Program-made: the position numbers and the translations under genes
Source of the DNA: a virus
Taxonomy: Duplodnaviria > Caudoviricetes
Direction: 5' to 3' (one strand)
DNA length: 53,286 nucleotides
IMG/VR virus record: IMGVR_UViG_3300023181_000036
Coordinates: 1 to 53,286 of that record
The notes under the pieces: model-generated
The model's database searches: none
Told to the model about the DNA's origin: nothing
Seen by the model: the letters and a program-made list of their open reading frames with translations, nothing else
In this document: positions 17,624 through 27,045 of the stretch, in pieces
How positions within the stretch are numbered: the stretch's first letter is position 1
Layout of the letters: each line of letters begins with the position of its first letter

Positions 17624-18309
17624 TTCGGTTCCTTCGGCGGATTGATTTCCACGGTAGGTGCAGCCGACTTCATTTCAAGCACGGTATCGATGATTTCCTT
17701 GTACCCTGGGTCAAGCATATCGTACGTTGACACGGACAAGTCAGCAGACCACTTCACGAGCGTTGACGCAAACTCACGACCGCGATTCGGGTCGAGGGGA
17801 TTGCCTTGCCGGTCATGCGTTGCGGAACACATTTTCTTGATGGCATCGCTCACGGCATCGTGCATCGATACGGCGGCATCAAACGACTTAAGCGTATAGC
17901 GCAAGCCCTTCTTAACCTTGAGTTGCCAGCCTGCGCCAAGCGCGACGTTCTCCGTACCCTTCTTCTTGTCCGGGTCGGTGAACGACGCGACGACTTTGCC
18001 GCGCAAATCCATTTCTTGTGCTTTCCAGAAATCAAGTTGCTGTTGCGCATGTTGCCAGTCAAGCAGCATTTGATCCCGGTCATACGGTACTTTGGTTCCG
18101 TCAGCCAGTTCTTTGTAGAACACTTCGCCCGTGTCTTGGTCGATAGCTGTGCCTGTGGGAACGACGACAGGCGGAACGTGCACAGCACCGGGGGTTGCCC
18201 ACACTTCGGGGTTGGTCGTCGCGCCGAAGGGGGACACACCGGCAGGAGGCGCGAAGGGGTTCGCGGGCGCAGGGGCCGGTGTATTGAACGGGTTGAAAGG
18301 GTTGATCAT
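17620..18309 (-). CDS. Hypothetical replication-module protein with NPF-repeat N-terminus
   Basis: EMDLR, KGTENVALGAGWQLK and VKW.ADLSVS.Y patterns; coupled ORF. Confidence 0.75.
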   Translation of the reverse strand: MINPFNPFNTPAPAPANPFAPPAGVSPFGATTNPEVWATPGAVHVPPVVVPTGTAIDQDTGEVFYKELADGTKVPYDRDQMLLDWQHAQQQLDFWKAQEMDLRGKVVASFTDPDKKKGTENVALGAGWQLKVKKGLRYTLKSFDAAVSMHDAVSDAIKKMCSATHDRQGNPLDPNRGREFASTLVKWSADLSVSTYDMLDPGYKEIIDTVLEMKSAAPTVEINPPKEPK

Positions 18310-18608
18310 AGCTGGCGCTTCGGTGGCGTGAGCCCGAGGGAGCGGCGCACTGATTCTGCCACAAAGGCAGGGTCCATGCTGGCGTCAATATGCACCGTCA
18401 TTACGTTGTACTGTGGCGGATGCGCGGGCGTGTTGACTATGCGCGCCATCATGTAGACGGTCTCGGGCACAGGTATCGCAGTCACGATACCGTTACCGAT
18501 GCCGTCGAGGTTCTGCACGCGGGCCGCTGCATGGTGAGCAAGGTCAGGTATCGGCTTCTCGTGCGTGACTTCAAGCAGCACGTATGACGTGAGCAATTTA
18601 GACGACAT
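18306..18608 (-). CDS. Hypothetical protein
   Basis: RBS GGAG; coupled ORF. Confidence 0.6.
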   Translation of the reverse strand: MSSKLLTSYVLLEVTHEKPIPDLAHHAAARVQNLDGIGNGIVTAIPVPETVYMMARIVNTPAHPPQYNVMTVHIDASMDPAFVAESVRRSLGLTPPKRQL

Positions 18609-18969
18609 TTGGCTGTTCTCCTGTCGAAACGAAATAGTTGTCAGGCAACCGTTCCATGTTGACGTAATCGACATAGTGACAATACCGCGCGTTCGGCGGA
18701 TTGCCAAATGTCAAGTCCGGTACCGGAAACGCAAACGCCACGCTACAGTCCACGCCGTCATTACACGGGGAACCGTGTTTGTGCACCTTTCCGATAAGGC
18801 CCACCGCCGCAGGACTGTGATGTCCGCGTAGAATGATGACGCGCGTACCCAGGGGCCAACGCTTGTGATCGCGTTTGATCTTGAAGTTATAGACGACGCT
18901 CGCCCACCAATCGCGCAGCCGTCCGAGTTTCGTCGTGCGGTGTTGCCAGTCTTTCATGAAGCCGGTCAT
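18598..18969 (-). CDS. Hypothetical protein
   Basis: ATGA-coupled to the dUTPase gene. Confidence 0.55.
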   Translation of the reverse strand: MTGFMKDWQHRTTKLGRLRDWWASVVYNFKIKRDHKRWPLGTRVIILRGHHSPAAVGLIGKVHKHGSPCNDGVDCSVAFAFPVPDLTFGNPPNARYCHYVDYVNMERLPDNYFVSTGEQPNVV

Positions 18970-19409
18970 CGTCCGGTACTCCCCAGACCACCTGCACCGC
19001 GTTTCGTGGCGGGCAGTTCCGCTGTCCACGCAACGACCACTTTCGGATACGGCATGAGCATGCCTTGCGCGAAACGTTCGCCGTCGTGAACTTCAAACGT
19101 ATCCTGCCCGTCGTTGGTGATGATAAGTTTGATTTCGCCGCGATAGTCGCTGTCGATCACACCGACGCAGTTACCCAGGCGTACGCCGTGCTTCGCACCG
19201 TGACCGCTACGCGAGAACAGGTACAACACATAGCCTTCGGGCACAGCAACAGCGATGCCGGTACCGATTGAGGCACGCTCGCCATGCGCAAGCGAAACCC
19301 AGGAACCGAAAGGAATGCGCGCATAGAAATCAAAACATGCTGCGCCTTCGGTGCCATACTCCGGCAGCTTTGCGTGCGTGTCCAGAGGTTTGCAAGGGAG
19401 CTTCAACAT
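18966..19409 (-). CDS. dut: Trimeric dUTPase
   Basis: AACFD, SRSG, GVIDSDYRGEI, ERFAQ, RGAGGLGSTG. Confidence 0.96.
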   Translation of the reverse strand: MLKLPCKPLDTHAKLPEYGTEGAACFDFYARIPFGSWVSLAHGERASIGTGIAVAVPEGYVLYLFSRSGHGAKHGVRLGNCVGVIDSDYRGEIKLIITNDGQDTFEVHDGERFAQGMLMPYPKVVVAWTAELPATKRGAGGLGSTGR

Positions 19410-19517
19410 AGGCGTTCTTGTCCTTATAAAAAGCGGTTGCGTGTCGTACTGCAAAGACGAGTGAGGCAACAACCCGTCCAACAAAACAGCACGGGGCAAT
19501 CACGCAACCGATGCGAG

Positions 19518-19547
19518 AATGTACCGCATGTAATATTATCCCGTCAA
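19518..19547 (-). promoter_or_regulatory. Sigma70-like promoter for the replication operon
   Basis: TTGACG-18-TACATT on the - strand. Confidence 0.6.
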
Positions 19548-19571
19548 GCCCAATCGGATAAAAATTTTAGT

Positions 19572-19600
19572 TGACCTGTTGTGTGCGTTCGGGCACACTT
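19572..19600 (+). promoter_or_regulatory. Divergent sigma70-like promoter for HTH/primase
   Basis: TTGACC-17-CACACT. Confidence 0.45.
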
Positions 19601-19626
19601 CCGGCCACATTCAAAAAGACCTGACC

Positions 19627-19890
19627 ATGCCGAGTAAAGACCAGCCCTGGCCCCCTAAAGAGTACCCCGACAACAGCGTAAAGCGGCCCTTCCAGCCCAC
19701 ATTACGTAAGCGCACTTATACGGCGCTGCGGGACACTATTGACGGGCGCAAACAGACGTTGCGTGAAATCGCGGATGGGTCCGGCGTTACATGGGGTTGG
19801 CTACGTATGTTTGCACTTGACCGTATTCCTGATCCCTCCTGCGACCGCATAGAACGGCTATACCACTATTTGACCGGCGCGACACTGTAA
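19627..19890 (+). CDS. XRE/Cro-like HTH DNA-binding protein
   Basis: LREIADGSGVTWGWLRMF...PDPSCDRIERLY. Confidence 0.8.
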   Translation: MPSKDQPWPPKEYPDNSVKRPFQPTLRKRTYTALRDTIDGRKQTLREIADGSGVTWGWLRMFALDRIPDPSCDRIERLYHYLTGATL

Positions 19891-19896
19891 GCGCCA

Positions 19897-22302
19897 ATGT
19901 TGTTCGACAACATTCCGAGCGAGTTGCGTGTTCTATCGCAATGGGTGACGTGGCGCTTTGAAGACCACGGCGGTGCGAAGCCGACGAAGGTGCCCTACAA
20001 CCCGATAGGCGGCTACAAAGCTAGTCATTCTGACCCGTTCACGTGGACAAGCTTCGACGCTTGCGTGAACGCGGTACATGCGCGGGCCTATGACGGCATT
20101 GGTTTCGTTCTGGCTGAGTCCGACCCGTATGCGTTCATCGATCTTGACGACGTTCACGAAGACCTTGACGCCCAGGCGCGGCAGGTTCGCATCTTTGAAG
20201 CCTTCGACTCGTACGCCGAGATAAGCCCCAGCGGCAAGGGCCTGCACATCATCATCAAAGGCTCCGTTCCGAGCGGACGTAAGCGTGCCTTCGTTGAGGT
20301 ATACAGCACGCTCCGTTTCATGACGATGACAGGCAACGTCTACCGCGCCAAGCCCATCAGCGGCGACTTTAATCCGCTGCTGAATTCACTGTGGGAACAG
20401 ATGGGCGGCAACGCTATCGTGTCTTCGTACGCGGGCGACGTGTACCAAAAAGAAGAAGACATGGCGATAGTGAACAAGGCGCTGAAGGCTGACAACGGCG
20501 ACAAGTTCAACGACCTGATGTGGGGACGCTGGAACCTGCACTATTCGTCACAGTCTGAAGCCGACCTTGCGCTTATCAACATCCTGGCGTTCTATACACA
20601 GCACAAGCCGCAGATCATTCGCTTGTTCCGTCAATCCGGTTTAGGGCAACGGCCAAAGGCACTACGCAACGATTACGTTGACTACATGGTGGCGAAGTCC
20701 TTCGACAGACTGCTACCGCCCGTTGACATCGATGGCATCCGTAACCAGATTGAAGCGCAGCTTGCAGAGCGCCGCGCCAATCCTCCGCCAAATCCCTTCA
20801 ACACGCCTGCGCCAGCACAGCAGCCAGCACGTGATGTGCCTGCGATGCCAAAGCCTGTTGTCGATCATCAGGCACACATCACGAAGACGGAATACCATGT
20901 GTTCGATAACGTGAAACCGTTGAACATGCGTGCCCTCAAGGTCAAGAAATTCGAGTACGTTAAACCGCCTGGGCTCATTGGTGAGATTGCATCGTTCATC
21001 TACGCCGCTGCGCCACGGCCTGTGCCTGAGATTGCGCTGACGGCTGCCCTCGCGCTCATGAGCGGCATCTGTGGCCGTGCGTACAACGTGAGCAATGCGG
21101 GCCTGAATCAATACATCCTCTTGCTTGCTCCTACAGGCTCCGGCAAAGAGGCAATTGCAAGCGGTATCGACAAGCTCATGGCAAGCGTACGCATGACAGT
21201 GCCTGCGGCGGCTGAGTTCATCGGCCCCGCTGAGATTGCATCGCCTGAAGCGCTGCTTAAGTATATGAACTACGCATCGTGTAGCTTCGTGTCAATGATT
21301 GGTGAGTTTGGTCTGAAGCTTAAACAGATGGCAACGCAGAACGCTTCGCCACAGATGGCGGGGCTAAAGCGCATGTTGCTTGACCTGTACAACAAGTCCG
21401 GTGAAGGCAAGTTGCTCCACCCGATGATCTACTCCGACAAGACGAAGAATACCGACATCATCGAAGCGCCTGCGTTCTCTCTCATGGGCGAGTCCGTACC
21501 AGGGCGCTTTTACGAAGTGCTTGACGAAGCCATGATTAGCGAAGGCTTGTTGCCACGGTTTACCATCATCGAATACAACGGCGACAGGCCACCACTGAAC
21601 GAGCGGCATCACGAAGCGGTTCCAAGCGTCAGCCTGATTGAACAAGTCAGTGCGCTGTGCGGGCATGCGCTCATGTTGAACAAAGCTAAAAAAGCGATCA
21701 CAGTTAATCTCGATCCAAACGCGGAAAAGCTTTTCCGTGACTTCGACAAGTATTGCGATGACCGTATTAACAGTGGTAGCAAGGAAGTCGTCAAGCATCT
21801 GTGGAATCGTGCCCACATGAAATCGATGAAGCTCGCGGCCCTCGTTGCTGTGGGCAATAGCCCTTACGACCCCAGGATCAACGGCGAGACGGCACAGTGG
21901 GCGATTGACCTCGTTGTGCATGATGCGATGTCGCTGCTTGAGCGCTTTGAAACCGGCAAGGTAGGCGCTACTGAAAGTTCGGACACGAAGCAGATTGAGG
22001 ATATGGTTTCTGTTATCGGAGCCTATCTAGAAGACCCGCACGACACACTGAAGAAGTACCACGTACCACTCGCATTGCACAGCGAACGTGTCCTGCCCTG
22101 GGGCTATCTGGCGCGGCGTCTGTCGCCTATGACATCGTTCAAGAATGACCGCTTTGGCGCTACCGCAGCGCTGAAGAAATGCGTTCAAGCGTTGGTTGAT
22201 CGTGGTGATTTGCAAGAGCTATCACGCAACGACACAGCCGCAAAATTTAAGACGACAGCTAAATGCTTTGTCATCAGTAATGTGCATGCCTTCTTATCGT
22301 AA
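19897..22302 (+). CDS. Primase-polymerase (NrS-1-like AEP) fused to a DUF3987-type P-loop/helicase domain
   Basis: QWVTWR, IDLDD, SPSGKGLH, SQSEADLAL, APTGSGKE. Confidence 0.88.
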   Translation: MLFDNIPSELRVLSQWVTWRFEDHGGAKPTKVPYNPIGGYKASHSDPFTWTSFDACVNAVHARAYDGIGFVLAESDPYAFIDLDDVHEDLDAQARQVRIFEAFDSYAEISPSGKGLHIIIKGSVPSGRKRAFVEVYSTLRFMTMTGNVYRAKPISGDFNPLLNSLWEQMGGNAIVSSYAGDVYQKEEDMAIVNKALKADNGDKFNDLMWGRWNLHYSSQSEADLALINILAFYTQHKPQIIRLFRQSGLGQRPKALRNDYVDYMVAKSFDRLLPPVDIDGIRNQIEAQLAERRANPPPNPFNTPAPAQQPARDVPAMPKPVVDHQAHITKTEYHVFDNVKPLNMRALKVKKFEYVKPPGLIGEIASFIYAAAPRPVPEIALTAALALMSGICGRAYNVSNAGLNQYILLLAPTGSGKEAIASGIDKLMASVRMTVPAAAEFIGPAEIASPEALLKYMNYASCSFVSMIGEFGLKLKQMATQNASPQMAGLKRMLLDLYNKSGEGKLLHPMIYSDKTKNTDIIEAPAFSLMGESVPGRFYEVLDEAMISEGLLPRFTIIEYNGDRPPLNERHHEAVPSVSLIEQVSALCGHALMLNKAKKAITVNLDPNAEKLFRDFDKYCDDRINSGSKEVVKHLWNRAHMKSMKLAALVAVGNSPYDPRINGETAQWAIDLVVHDAMSLLERFETGKVGATESSDTKQIEDMVSVIGAYLEDPHDTLKKYHVPLALHSERVLPWGYLARRLSPMTSFKNDRFGATAALKKCVQALVDRGDLQELSRNDTAAKFKTTAKCFVISNVHAFLS

Positions 22303-22569
22303 CGATTTGGCGATTTTGCTTTGCCTTTGCGAAAGCTCCGAAAACGCCGGGTACCATTTTTGACGAAAAACGCCTATTAACGTTTTGGGGTACCCCTCGT
22401 GGTTGTGCGGCGCAGCATGCGAGTGCGTAAAAACCACGCGGAAAGACGAGGGTAGATGGGCTAGAATTCCCAGGCCGGGGAGTGCCTTTCCGCCATGCCG
22501 TGCGCAAGGCTGAGAGCTAAGGGGCTGAACCGCCTACATGCCCCGGCAACCCTCCCCACTCAGAATGGC

Positions 22570-22836
22570 TCACGCCGGGCCGGAATCAACCGTTCCGCGC
22601 AGCATAAAACCGTTTAGGTAGGGGGATAGCCTGGGACTGCCTAAAGCGTTCCATGCGTCTTGAGTGACCGGCGCGAAACCTTCAGGCAGATCACGCGCTC
22701 TGCGCTCTGCGCGTAGCGGCGCACTGGTACGGTAGGCGCGTGCGTGCCATGCAAGCCAAAATCCGCCACGTCCAGGACGTTTAGCAAAGCCGCGCCAGCT
22801 ACGCATTAGCAGGCGCTTGCGGTTACGGTTATTCAT
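22570..22836 (-). CDS. Hypothetical basic protein
   Basis: RBS GGAGT. Confidence 0.55.
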   Translation of the reverse strand: MNNRNRKRLLMRSWRGFAKRPGRGGFWLAWHARAYRTSAPLRAERRARDLPEGFAPVTQDAWNALGSPRLSPYLNGFMLRGTVDSGPA

Positions 22837-22855
22837 ATCGGTTACTCCAGTTCAG

Positions 22856-22897
22856 AAAACGCAAAGGGCCGCGCACTCGATATGAATGCGCGGCCCT
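22856..22897 (-). terminator. Rho-independent terminator of the leftward early transcript
   Basis: 11-bp stem AGGGCCGCGCA/TGCGCGGCCCT, then TTGCGTTTT on the - strand. Confidence 0.7.
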
Positions 22898-22947
22898 AGT
22901 CGCTTTCCCATTTAACGTCAGGGGTTGACGTGATGATTATTATTACG

Positions 22948-23169
22948 TTACAAGCGTGGCGGATGTGCGTTTACCGGAAAGCCGCATTCCTTTAGGAACA
23001 TGCCGCTATCAACAGAAAGCTCGCGGGCGAGTTGCTGCGCCAGGGTAATCAAAGCGTTATGCCCGCCGATAGCCTGCGCGTTATCTACGCGCATCATTGC
23101 AACGGCTTTGTACGCTGCAAGGCTATCGCGGATGACATGCGCTAGTGTGGTGTAGTCTGCTTTACGCAT
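22948..23169 (-). CDS. Hypothetical early protein
   Basis: Coupled to the upstream small ORF. Confidence 0.55.
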   Translation of the reverse strand: MRKADYTTLAHVIRDSLAAYKAVAMMRVDNAQAIGGHNALITLAQQLARELSVDSGMFLKECGFPVNAHPPRL

Positions 23170-23311
23170 TGATGGCTTCCACAGTTTCATTCTGCGCGTA
23201 GTAAAACGTGCGCCCATATTTAACGATTAGTGCGGTACGTGTGCTTTTCTTTACGCACACATTACCGTTACAGTAAAAAGACGCGCCGATAGCTATTTCT
23301 GAAAACATCAT
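23162..23311 (-). CDS. 49-aa hypothetical protein (MMFSEIAIGASFYCNGNVCVKKSTRTA...)
   Basis: RBS AGGAG; absent from the ORF track. Confidence 0.6.
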   Translation of the reverse strand: MMFSEIAIGASFYCNGNVCVKKSTRTALIVKYGRTFYYAQNETVEAINA

Positions 23312-23378
23312 GGCATTCTCCTAATGTGGGAACATTCCCGCAGTAGCGCACGTCCAGGCTGCACTACTACTGGCACGC

Positions 23379-23543
23379 TCACGCATGCGAACGCTTGAGA
23401 CGCGGCGCGTAAATGCTGCGCTTGCCTTCACGTGCCATGATGCACAGTGCCTTATGCGCGAGACGTTCGCGGCGCGCCTTGTCGGTTTCTTTCATGGCTT
23501 GCGCCTCAAGGATTGCGACATGGTTTTGCGTTGCTTGGTTCAT
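23379..23543 (-). CDS. Hypothetical early protein
   Basis: RBS GGAGT. Confidence 0.55.
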   Translation of the reverse strand: MNQATQNHVAILEAQAMKETDKARRERLAHKALCIMAREGKRSIYAPRLKRSHA

Positions 23544-23615
23544 TTGGATAACTCCAGGTAAGGGCGACATTGCCCGACATTGCCCACACTATAGGCAATG
23601 GCTGAAAATGTCTGT

Positions 23616-23954
23616 TTAGCTGGCTTCGGGGGATAGCCAATACTCGATAGCTGTGCGCGCTTTGCCTTCGCCACCACAAGCTAGGATGTAATCGAATTGC
23701 TCTAATGCACGTTGCACACTTCCTGTACCTTCCCATGCGGCGTGCATGCGCTGTGCCAGTGCATGGCATGAGTAACCGTTACTGTGAAGGGCTAACGTTG
23801 ACGTGCCACGCGAATGCGTCAACGTTAGTGCATGGGTGTCTAGTTCAGGAATGGCTTTCACTTGAAAGGTTCCATGCTTGCCGGGCATGGGCAATAAAAT
23901 GAACTGGTCACTTGAAGGCAGTACAGAATTGCCGATACGTTTTTGCGTTGCCAT
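23616..23954 (-). CDS. Hypothetical early protein
   Basis: RBS AAGGAG. Confidence 0.6.
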   Translation of the reverse strand: MATQKRIGNSVLPSSDQFILLPMPGKHGTFQVKAIPELDTHALTLTHSRGTSTLALHSNGYSCHALAQRMHAAWEGTGSVQRALEQFDYILACGGEGKARTAIEYWLSPEAS

Positions 23955-23955
23955 G

Positions 23956-24450
23956 TCATGCTCCTTCGTTATTGATTTTGCCGTCGCATGCGAGCGCATG
24001 AAAAACGCATTCACCCAGCGTCTCAGCAGCTTCGGCGTAGGATAGTCCGACATATGCCGACTGCCCGTAGGTGACGTTAAACAGGCGTTTACCGCCTTTG
24101 TTTTGCGCCATCTTGATAGCGAACTGCGGTAAGGCAAAATCTGCGGTTGACGCGGTAACTTCGGCCTTCATTGCGTCTTGCATGTCGCGCAGCCCTGACA
24201 TGTAAACGCCGATGGCTTCAGACAGTTTTGTGGCGCTCACAAAGCCGATGTTTAGTACGTTGCGTTCGCCTCCACTTGTGCACATCTGCACAAGCTGATA
24301 ACCGTCGTATGCGCTATCGATATGGTAGTTGCCTGGGTTTGCCTTATGCACGCCGTCAACGTTGCTGTACGGCTTCGTAGGCGTTTTCATGAGGCGGTTA
24401 AGGTTCTCCACTTGTGTTTCGAGAAAGGCGCGGGTGATACGCTGTGCCAT
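23956..24450 (-). CDS. Hypothetical early protein
   Basis: RBS GGAGT; 164 aa. Confidence 0.7.
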   Translation of the reverse strand: MAQRITRAFLETQVENLNRLMKTPTKPYSNVDGVHKANPGNYHIDSAYDGYQLVQMCTSGGERNVLNIGFVSATKLSEAIGVYMSGLRDMQDAMKAEVTASTADFALPQFAIKMAQNKGGKRLFNVTYGQSAYVGLSYAEAAETLGECVFHALACDGKINNEGA

Positions 24451-24451
24451 G

Positions 24452-24667
24452 TCAGTTACTCCGGTTAAGTTTATCGGTGAGCGCTAGGTTAACGCGATTG
24501 GATTCGATGATTGCGTTTGCATGCTCGCGCACCATGTACTCATGATGGCGCGCAATTGCTGCGTATTGACGGTACTCAGCTTCGCAGCCGTCGCGTTTCA
24601 TTGCGATGGCATTGCGCCGATGGTGTAAAGCACTTTGCAGGTGCTGTGTGATGCGGTCAACTTGCAT
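24452..24667 (-). CDS. Hypothetical early protein
   Basis: Tightly packed ORF. Confidence 0.5.
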   Translation of the reverse strand: MQVDRITQHLQSALHHRRNAIAMKRDGCEAEYRQYAAIARHHEYMVREHANAIIESNRVNLALTDKLNRSN

Positions 24668-24825
24668 CACTTCCCACACTCCAGAGCAAAGAACCAGCAT
24701 GCGACAGGTTCAAACACGTTACCGGCTGCATAGAGCAATCCGGCGCATGCCATCGCGGTAAGAATGAACATTACCGCGCCGCCGATTGCGACTAGCGCTA
24801 CTGCGATGTTGTCCAGGTCGTTCAT
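24667..24825 (-). CDS. Small membrane protein
   Basis: Long hydrophobic segment IAVALVAIGGAVMFILTAMACAGLLYAAG. Confidence 0.5.
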   Translation of the reverse strand: MNDLDNIAVALVAIGGAVMFILTAMACAGLLYAAGNVFEPVACWFFALECGK

Positions 24826-25055
24826 TTTGTGCCTTGGATGGAAACAGCCACTAAGCAGTCTTCGCCATTGGATGCAACTTCGCCAATCAAAAACATTACG
24901 TCCTGTGCAGGGCCTGTAGCGCGGCAATGACCTGGGGATAACTGTATGCCCATAATTATTGCGTTGCACCGCGAGCCTGTACGCTTTTCCATTGCGTTGC
25001 GCATCTTTGCGATACGCAATGCGTCAGCCTTGAAAATTGCAATAAGCTTGTTCAC
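24822..25055 (-). CDS. Hypothetical early protein
   Basis: RBS GGAGT, GTG start. Confidence 0.5.
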   Translation of the reverse strand: MNKLIAIFKADALRIAKMRNAMEKRTGSRCNAIIMGIQLSPGHCRATGPAQDVMFLIGEVASNGEDCLVAVSIQGTK

Positions 25056-25080
25056 TTCATTTACTCCAGGTTATTCGGGG

Positions 25081-25368
25081 TTACGCCTTTACGATTTCGT
25101 TATGAAATCGTTGCGGGACCTTACGCGTAGCGTTGCCGTATGCGTCAGCAAAATGTGAAGGCAGTTTGCCGTTGTCAACATACGCCCATGCGCGCCCGTT
25201 GTCATCGTCACAAACAAGTACAGGCGCAAAATGATGACCTTTACTGCTTTGTGTCGCCAACACTGCTTTAACGCCGTTGTACGACGTTTGAAACGAATGG
25301 TCTATCACATCACCTGTTTTTGTGTGGATTTCTTCTACATCCCATTCATAAGCTACTGCCGTTGCCAT
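25081..25368 (-). CDS. Hypothetical early protein
   Basis: RBS GGAGT; lies just downstream of a promoter. Confidence 0.65.
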   Translation of the reverse strand: MATAVAYEWDVEEIHTKTGDVIDHSFQTSYNGVKAVLATQSSKGHHFAPVLVCDDDNGRAWAYVDNGKLPSHFADAYGNATRKVPQRFHNEIVKA

Positions 25369-25403
25369 CTTGTTTACTCCGTTACGTTTGCTGATCCGAT
25401 AAC

Positions 25404-25434
25404 GTAATGTAGGACATCAAACTACTTTACGCAA
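25404..25434 (-). promoter_or_regulatory. Early promoter copy 1
   Basis: TTGCGT-17-TACATT; shares ATGTCCTACATTAC with 27046-27077. Confidence 0.65.
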
Positions 25435-25474
25435 CTACTTTATTGTAAAGCTTGTGTAAAGCTACGGCACATGA

Positions 25475-25705
25475 CTACGTTATTTTGCTAACGATGTCAT
25501 TGATCGTTTCTTGCCCGCAGTAGATGCGCCCGCTTTTGTGCCACGATTCGCACACGCCGTTAGGGTATATGCCCCGCGCACGGTACGGCGTTATCGTTGT
25601 GACTTCTACCTGAAGCCCTTCGCGCGTCATGTACAGTCCTGGCGCGTCAACGATGACAGGCAGTAAAGGCGAAAAGTACGGCGGGAGAATTTTGGTTGTT
25701 AGCAT
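25475..25705 (-). CDS. Hypothetical early protein
   Basis: RBS AAGGA. Confidence 0.6.
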   Translation of the reverse strand: MLTTKILPPYFSPLLPVIVDAPGLYMTREGLQVEVTTITPYRARGIYPNGVCESWHKSGRIYCGQETINDIVSKIT

Positions 25706-25731
25706 GGTGATTCCTTTGTGAAGTGACTGCG

Positions 25732-26244
25732 TTACGGGAATGCGTAGCCCTTGCCCTTCAGGTACGTTTTAGCGTCTTCCAGTGTGTAGAAGTGCCGACC
25801 GGCTTCGCCAAGTGAATAGCAAATCCAAGGGAGCGATTCAGAGTAATCGGGCCTGTACGTGATCCGTGCGCCGCCCGTCAGGCTGCGCTCTGTGTAGCCA
25901 ATCGGGTAAACCGGGGCGACGGCTGGAGGATTGACCGATTCCAGGCCCTTTTCTGCCTCGGGCAAGGGGTAGGCGGCGCAAAGGTACTCGCGCAGCTTGT
26001 GGGCTGTGGCTGAATCCAAATTGAGCATGATCCGGCGACGTTGCTCTGCGGTCTTGCCTTCGTACCATTCCATTGCGTCAATGGACAGTGAACCATCCTG
26101 GCACTTTGACACTTCAATGTACGCGCCGCCATTGTTGCGCTTTGTGGACCATGATGGCACGTATTGTTTGTCAAGATGGGTAAACGATACGCCAGTGACC
26201 TGACCGTTATATTTTGTGAAGCCTGCGACAGAATAGATTGACAT
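25732..26244 (-). CDS. Hypothetical early protein
   Basis: RBS AAGGA; 170 aa. Confidence 0.65.
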   Translation of the reverse strand: MSIYSVAGFTKYNGQVTGVSFTHLDKQYVPSWSTKRNNGGAYIEVSKCQDGSLSIDAMEWYEGKTAEQRRRIMLNLDSATAHKLREYLCAAYPLPEAEKGLESVNPPAVAPVYPIGYTERSLTGGARITYRPDYSESLPWICYSLGEAGRHFYTLEDAKTYLKGKGYAFP

Positions 26245-26269
26245 GATGTGGTTCCTTTATGTTGGTTGA

Positions 26270-26428
26270 TTACTTACGAATGCGAACGCGTTGCCCTGGC
26301 AGAGCAACGAAGTAGAGAACAAACTCACCGGGTTCCGTCACGCCGTACATACGCGCGGCTTTGATGGCTTCGGTAAGGCCAGCTTGGCGCATGATGCGCT
26401 GAATGTGTTGGATAGTGCCGTAGTTCAT
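26270..26428 (-). CDS. 52-aa hypothetical protein (MNYGTIQHIQRIMRQAG...)
   Basis: RBS GGAGT, ATGA coupling; absent from the ORF track. Confidence 0.55.
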   Translation of the reverse strand: MNYGTIQHIQRIMRQAGLTEAIKAARMYGVTEPGEFVLYFVALPGQRVRIRK

Positions 26429-26628
26429 GCTGTGTACTCCGTTTCGATAGGTTCAATACGAAGCCATTCAAACGTGCATTGGTTAAACGACTTGTACAGG
26501 CCGCATGATGCCGGGCAATCACGCCGATACTCACGCGCTATTTGTTTGCGTGCGGCACCTTTACTTTCGGCGCGCACTGTGTATGTGCTATCACCGACAC
26601 GCGCTGTAAATTCTTGATAGGTCGCCAT
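26425..26628 (-). CDS. Hypothetical early protein
   Basis: RBS AAGG. Confidence 0.55.
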   Translation of the reverse strand: MATYQEFTARVGDSTYTVRAESKGAARKQIAREYRRDCPASCGLYKSFNQCTFEWLRIEPIETEYTA

Positions 26629-26657
26629 GATGGTTAGCCTTTCGATGTTGCCCACAC

Positions 26658-27008
26658 TTAACCGCGAATGCCTGGGAAGGCAGAGTACGCGGCATTGTGG
26701 TAGTTCGCTGCAATCATTGCCATGTCGCATTGATACACCGCACGTGCGGCTGCATTGTCCATTTTCATTGCGATGCTAATGAACGCACTGTACTGCGCGC
26801 CTTCACGGTATGCAACACACAGCGCTTGCAGGGCTTGATCTGCCGCCGTGCGCACCAAACGGCGCGTAAGTGTGGGCTTGTCGTTGCTGATGGTTTGCTC
26901 GTCATGCTCCACGCTTGCAGTACGGCGTTCTTCCCAGATACGTGCGTGCGCTTCCCAATCGTTAGCATCGCGTGCGGCTTGCAGTTCATTGGTAAAGTTG
27001 CGTGTCAT
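26658..27008 (-). CDS. Hypothetical protein, first gene of the leftward early operon
   Basis: RBS AGGA, directly after a promoter. Confidence 0.65.
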   Translation of the reverse strand: MTRNFTNELQAARDANDWEAHARIWEERRTASVEHDEQTISNDKPTLTRRLVRTAADQALQALCVAYREGAQYSAFISIAMKMDNAAARAVYQCDMAMIAANYHNAAYSAFPGIRG

Positions 27009-27045
27009 GATGTGTTCCTGCTGTGTGGTTGGTGTTGCTATGGAT

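Noticed and set aside
19627-19890. HTH gene as a lysogeny repressor
   Set aside because: No integrase, partition genes or peptidase domain; its position before the primase fits a lytic regulator
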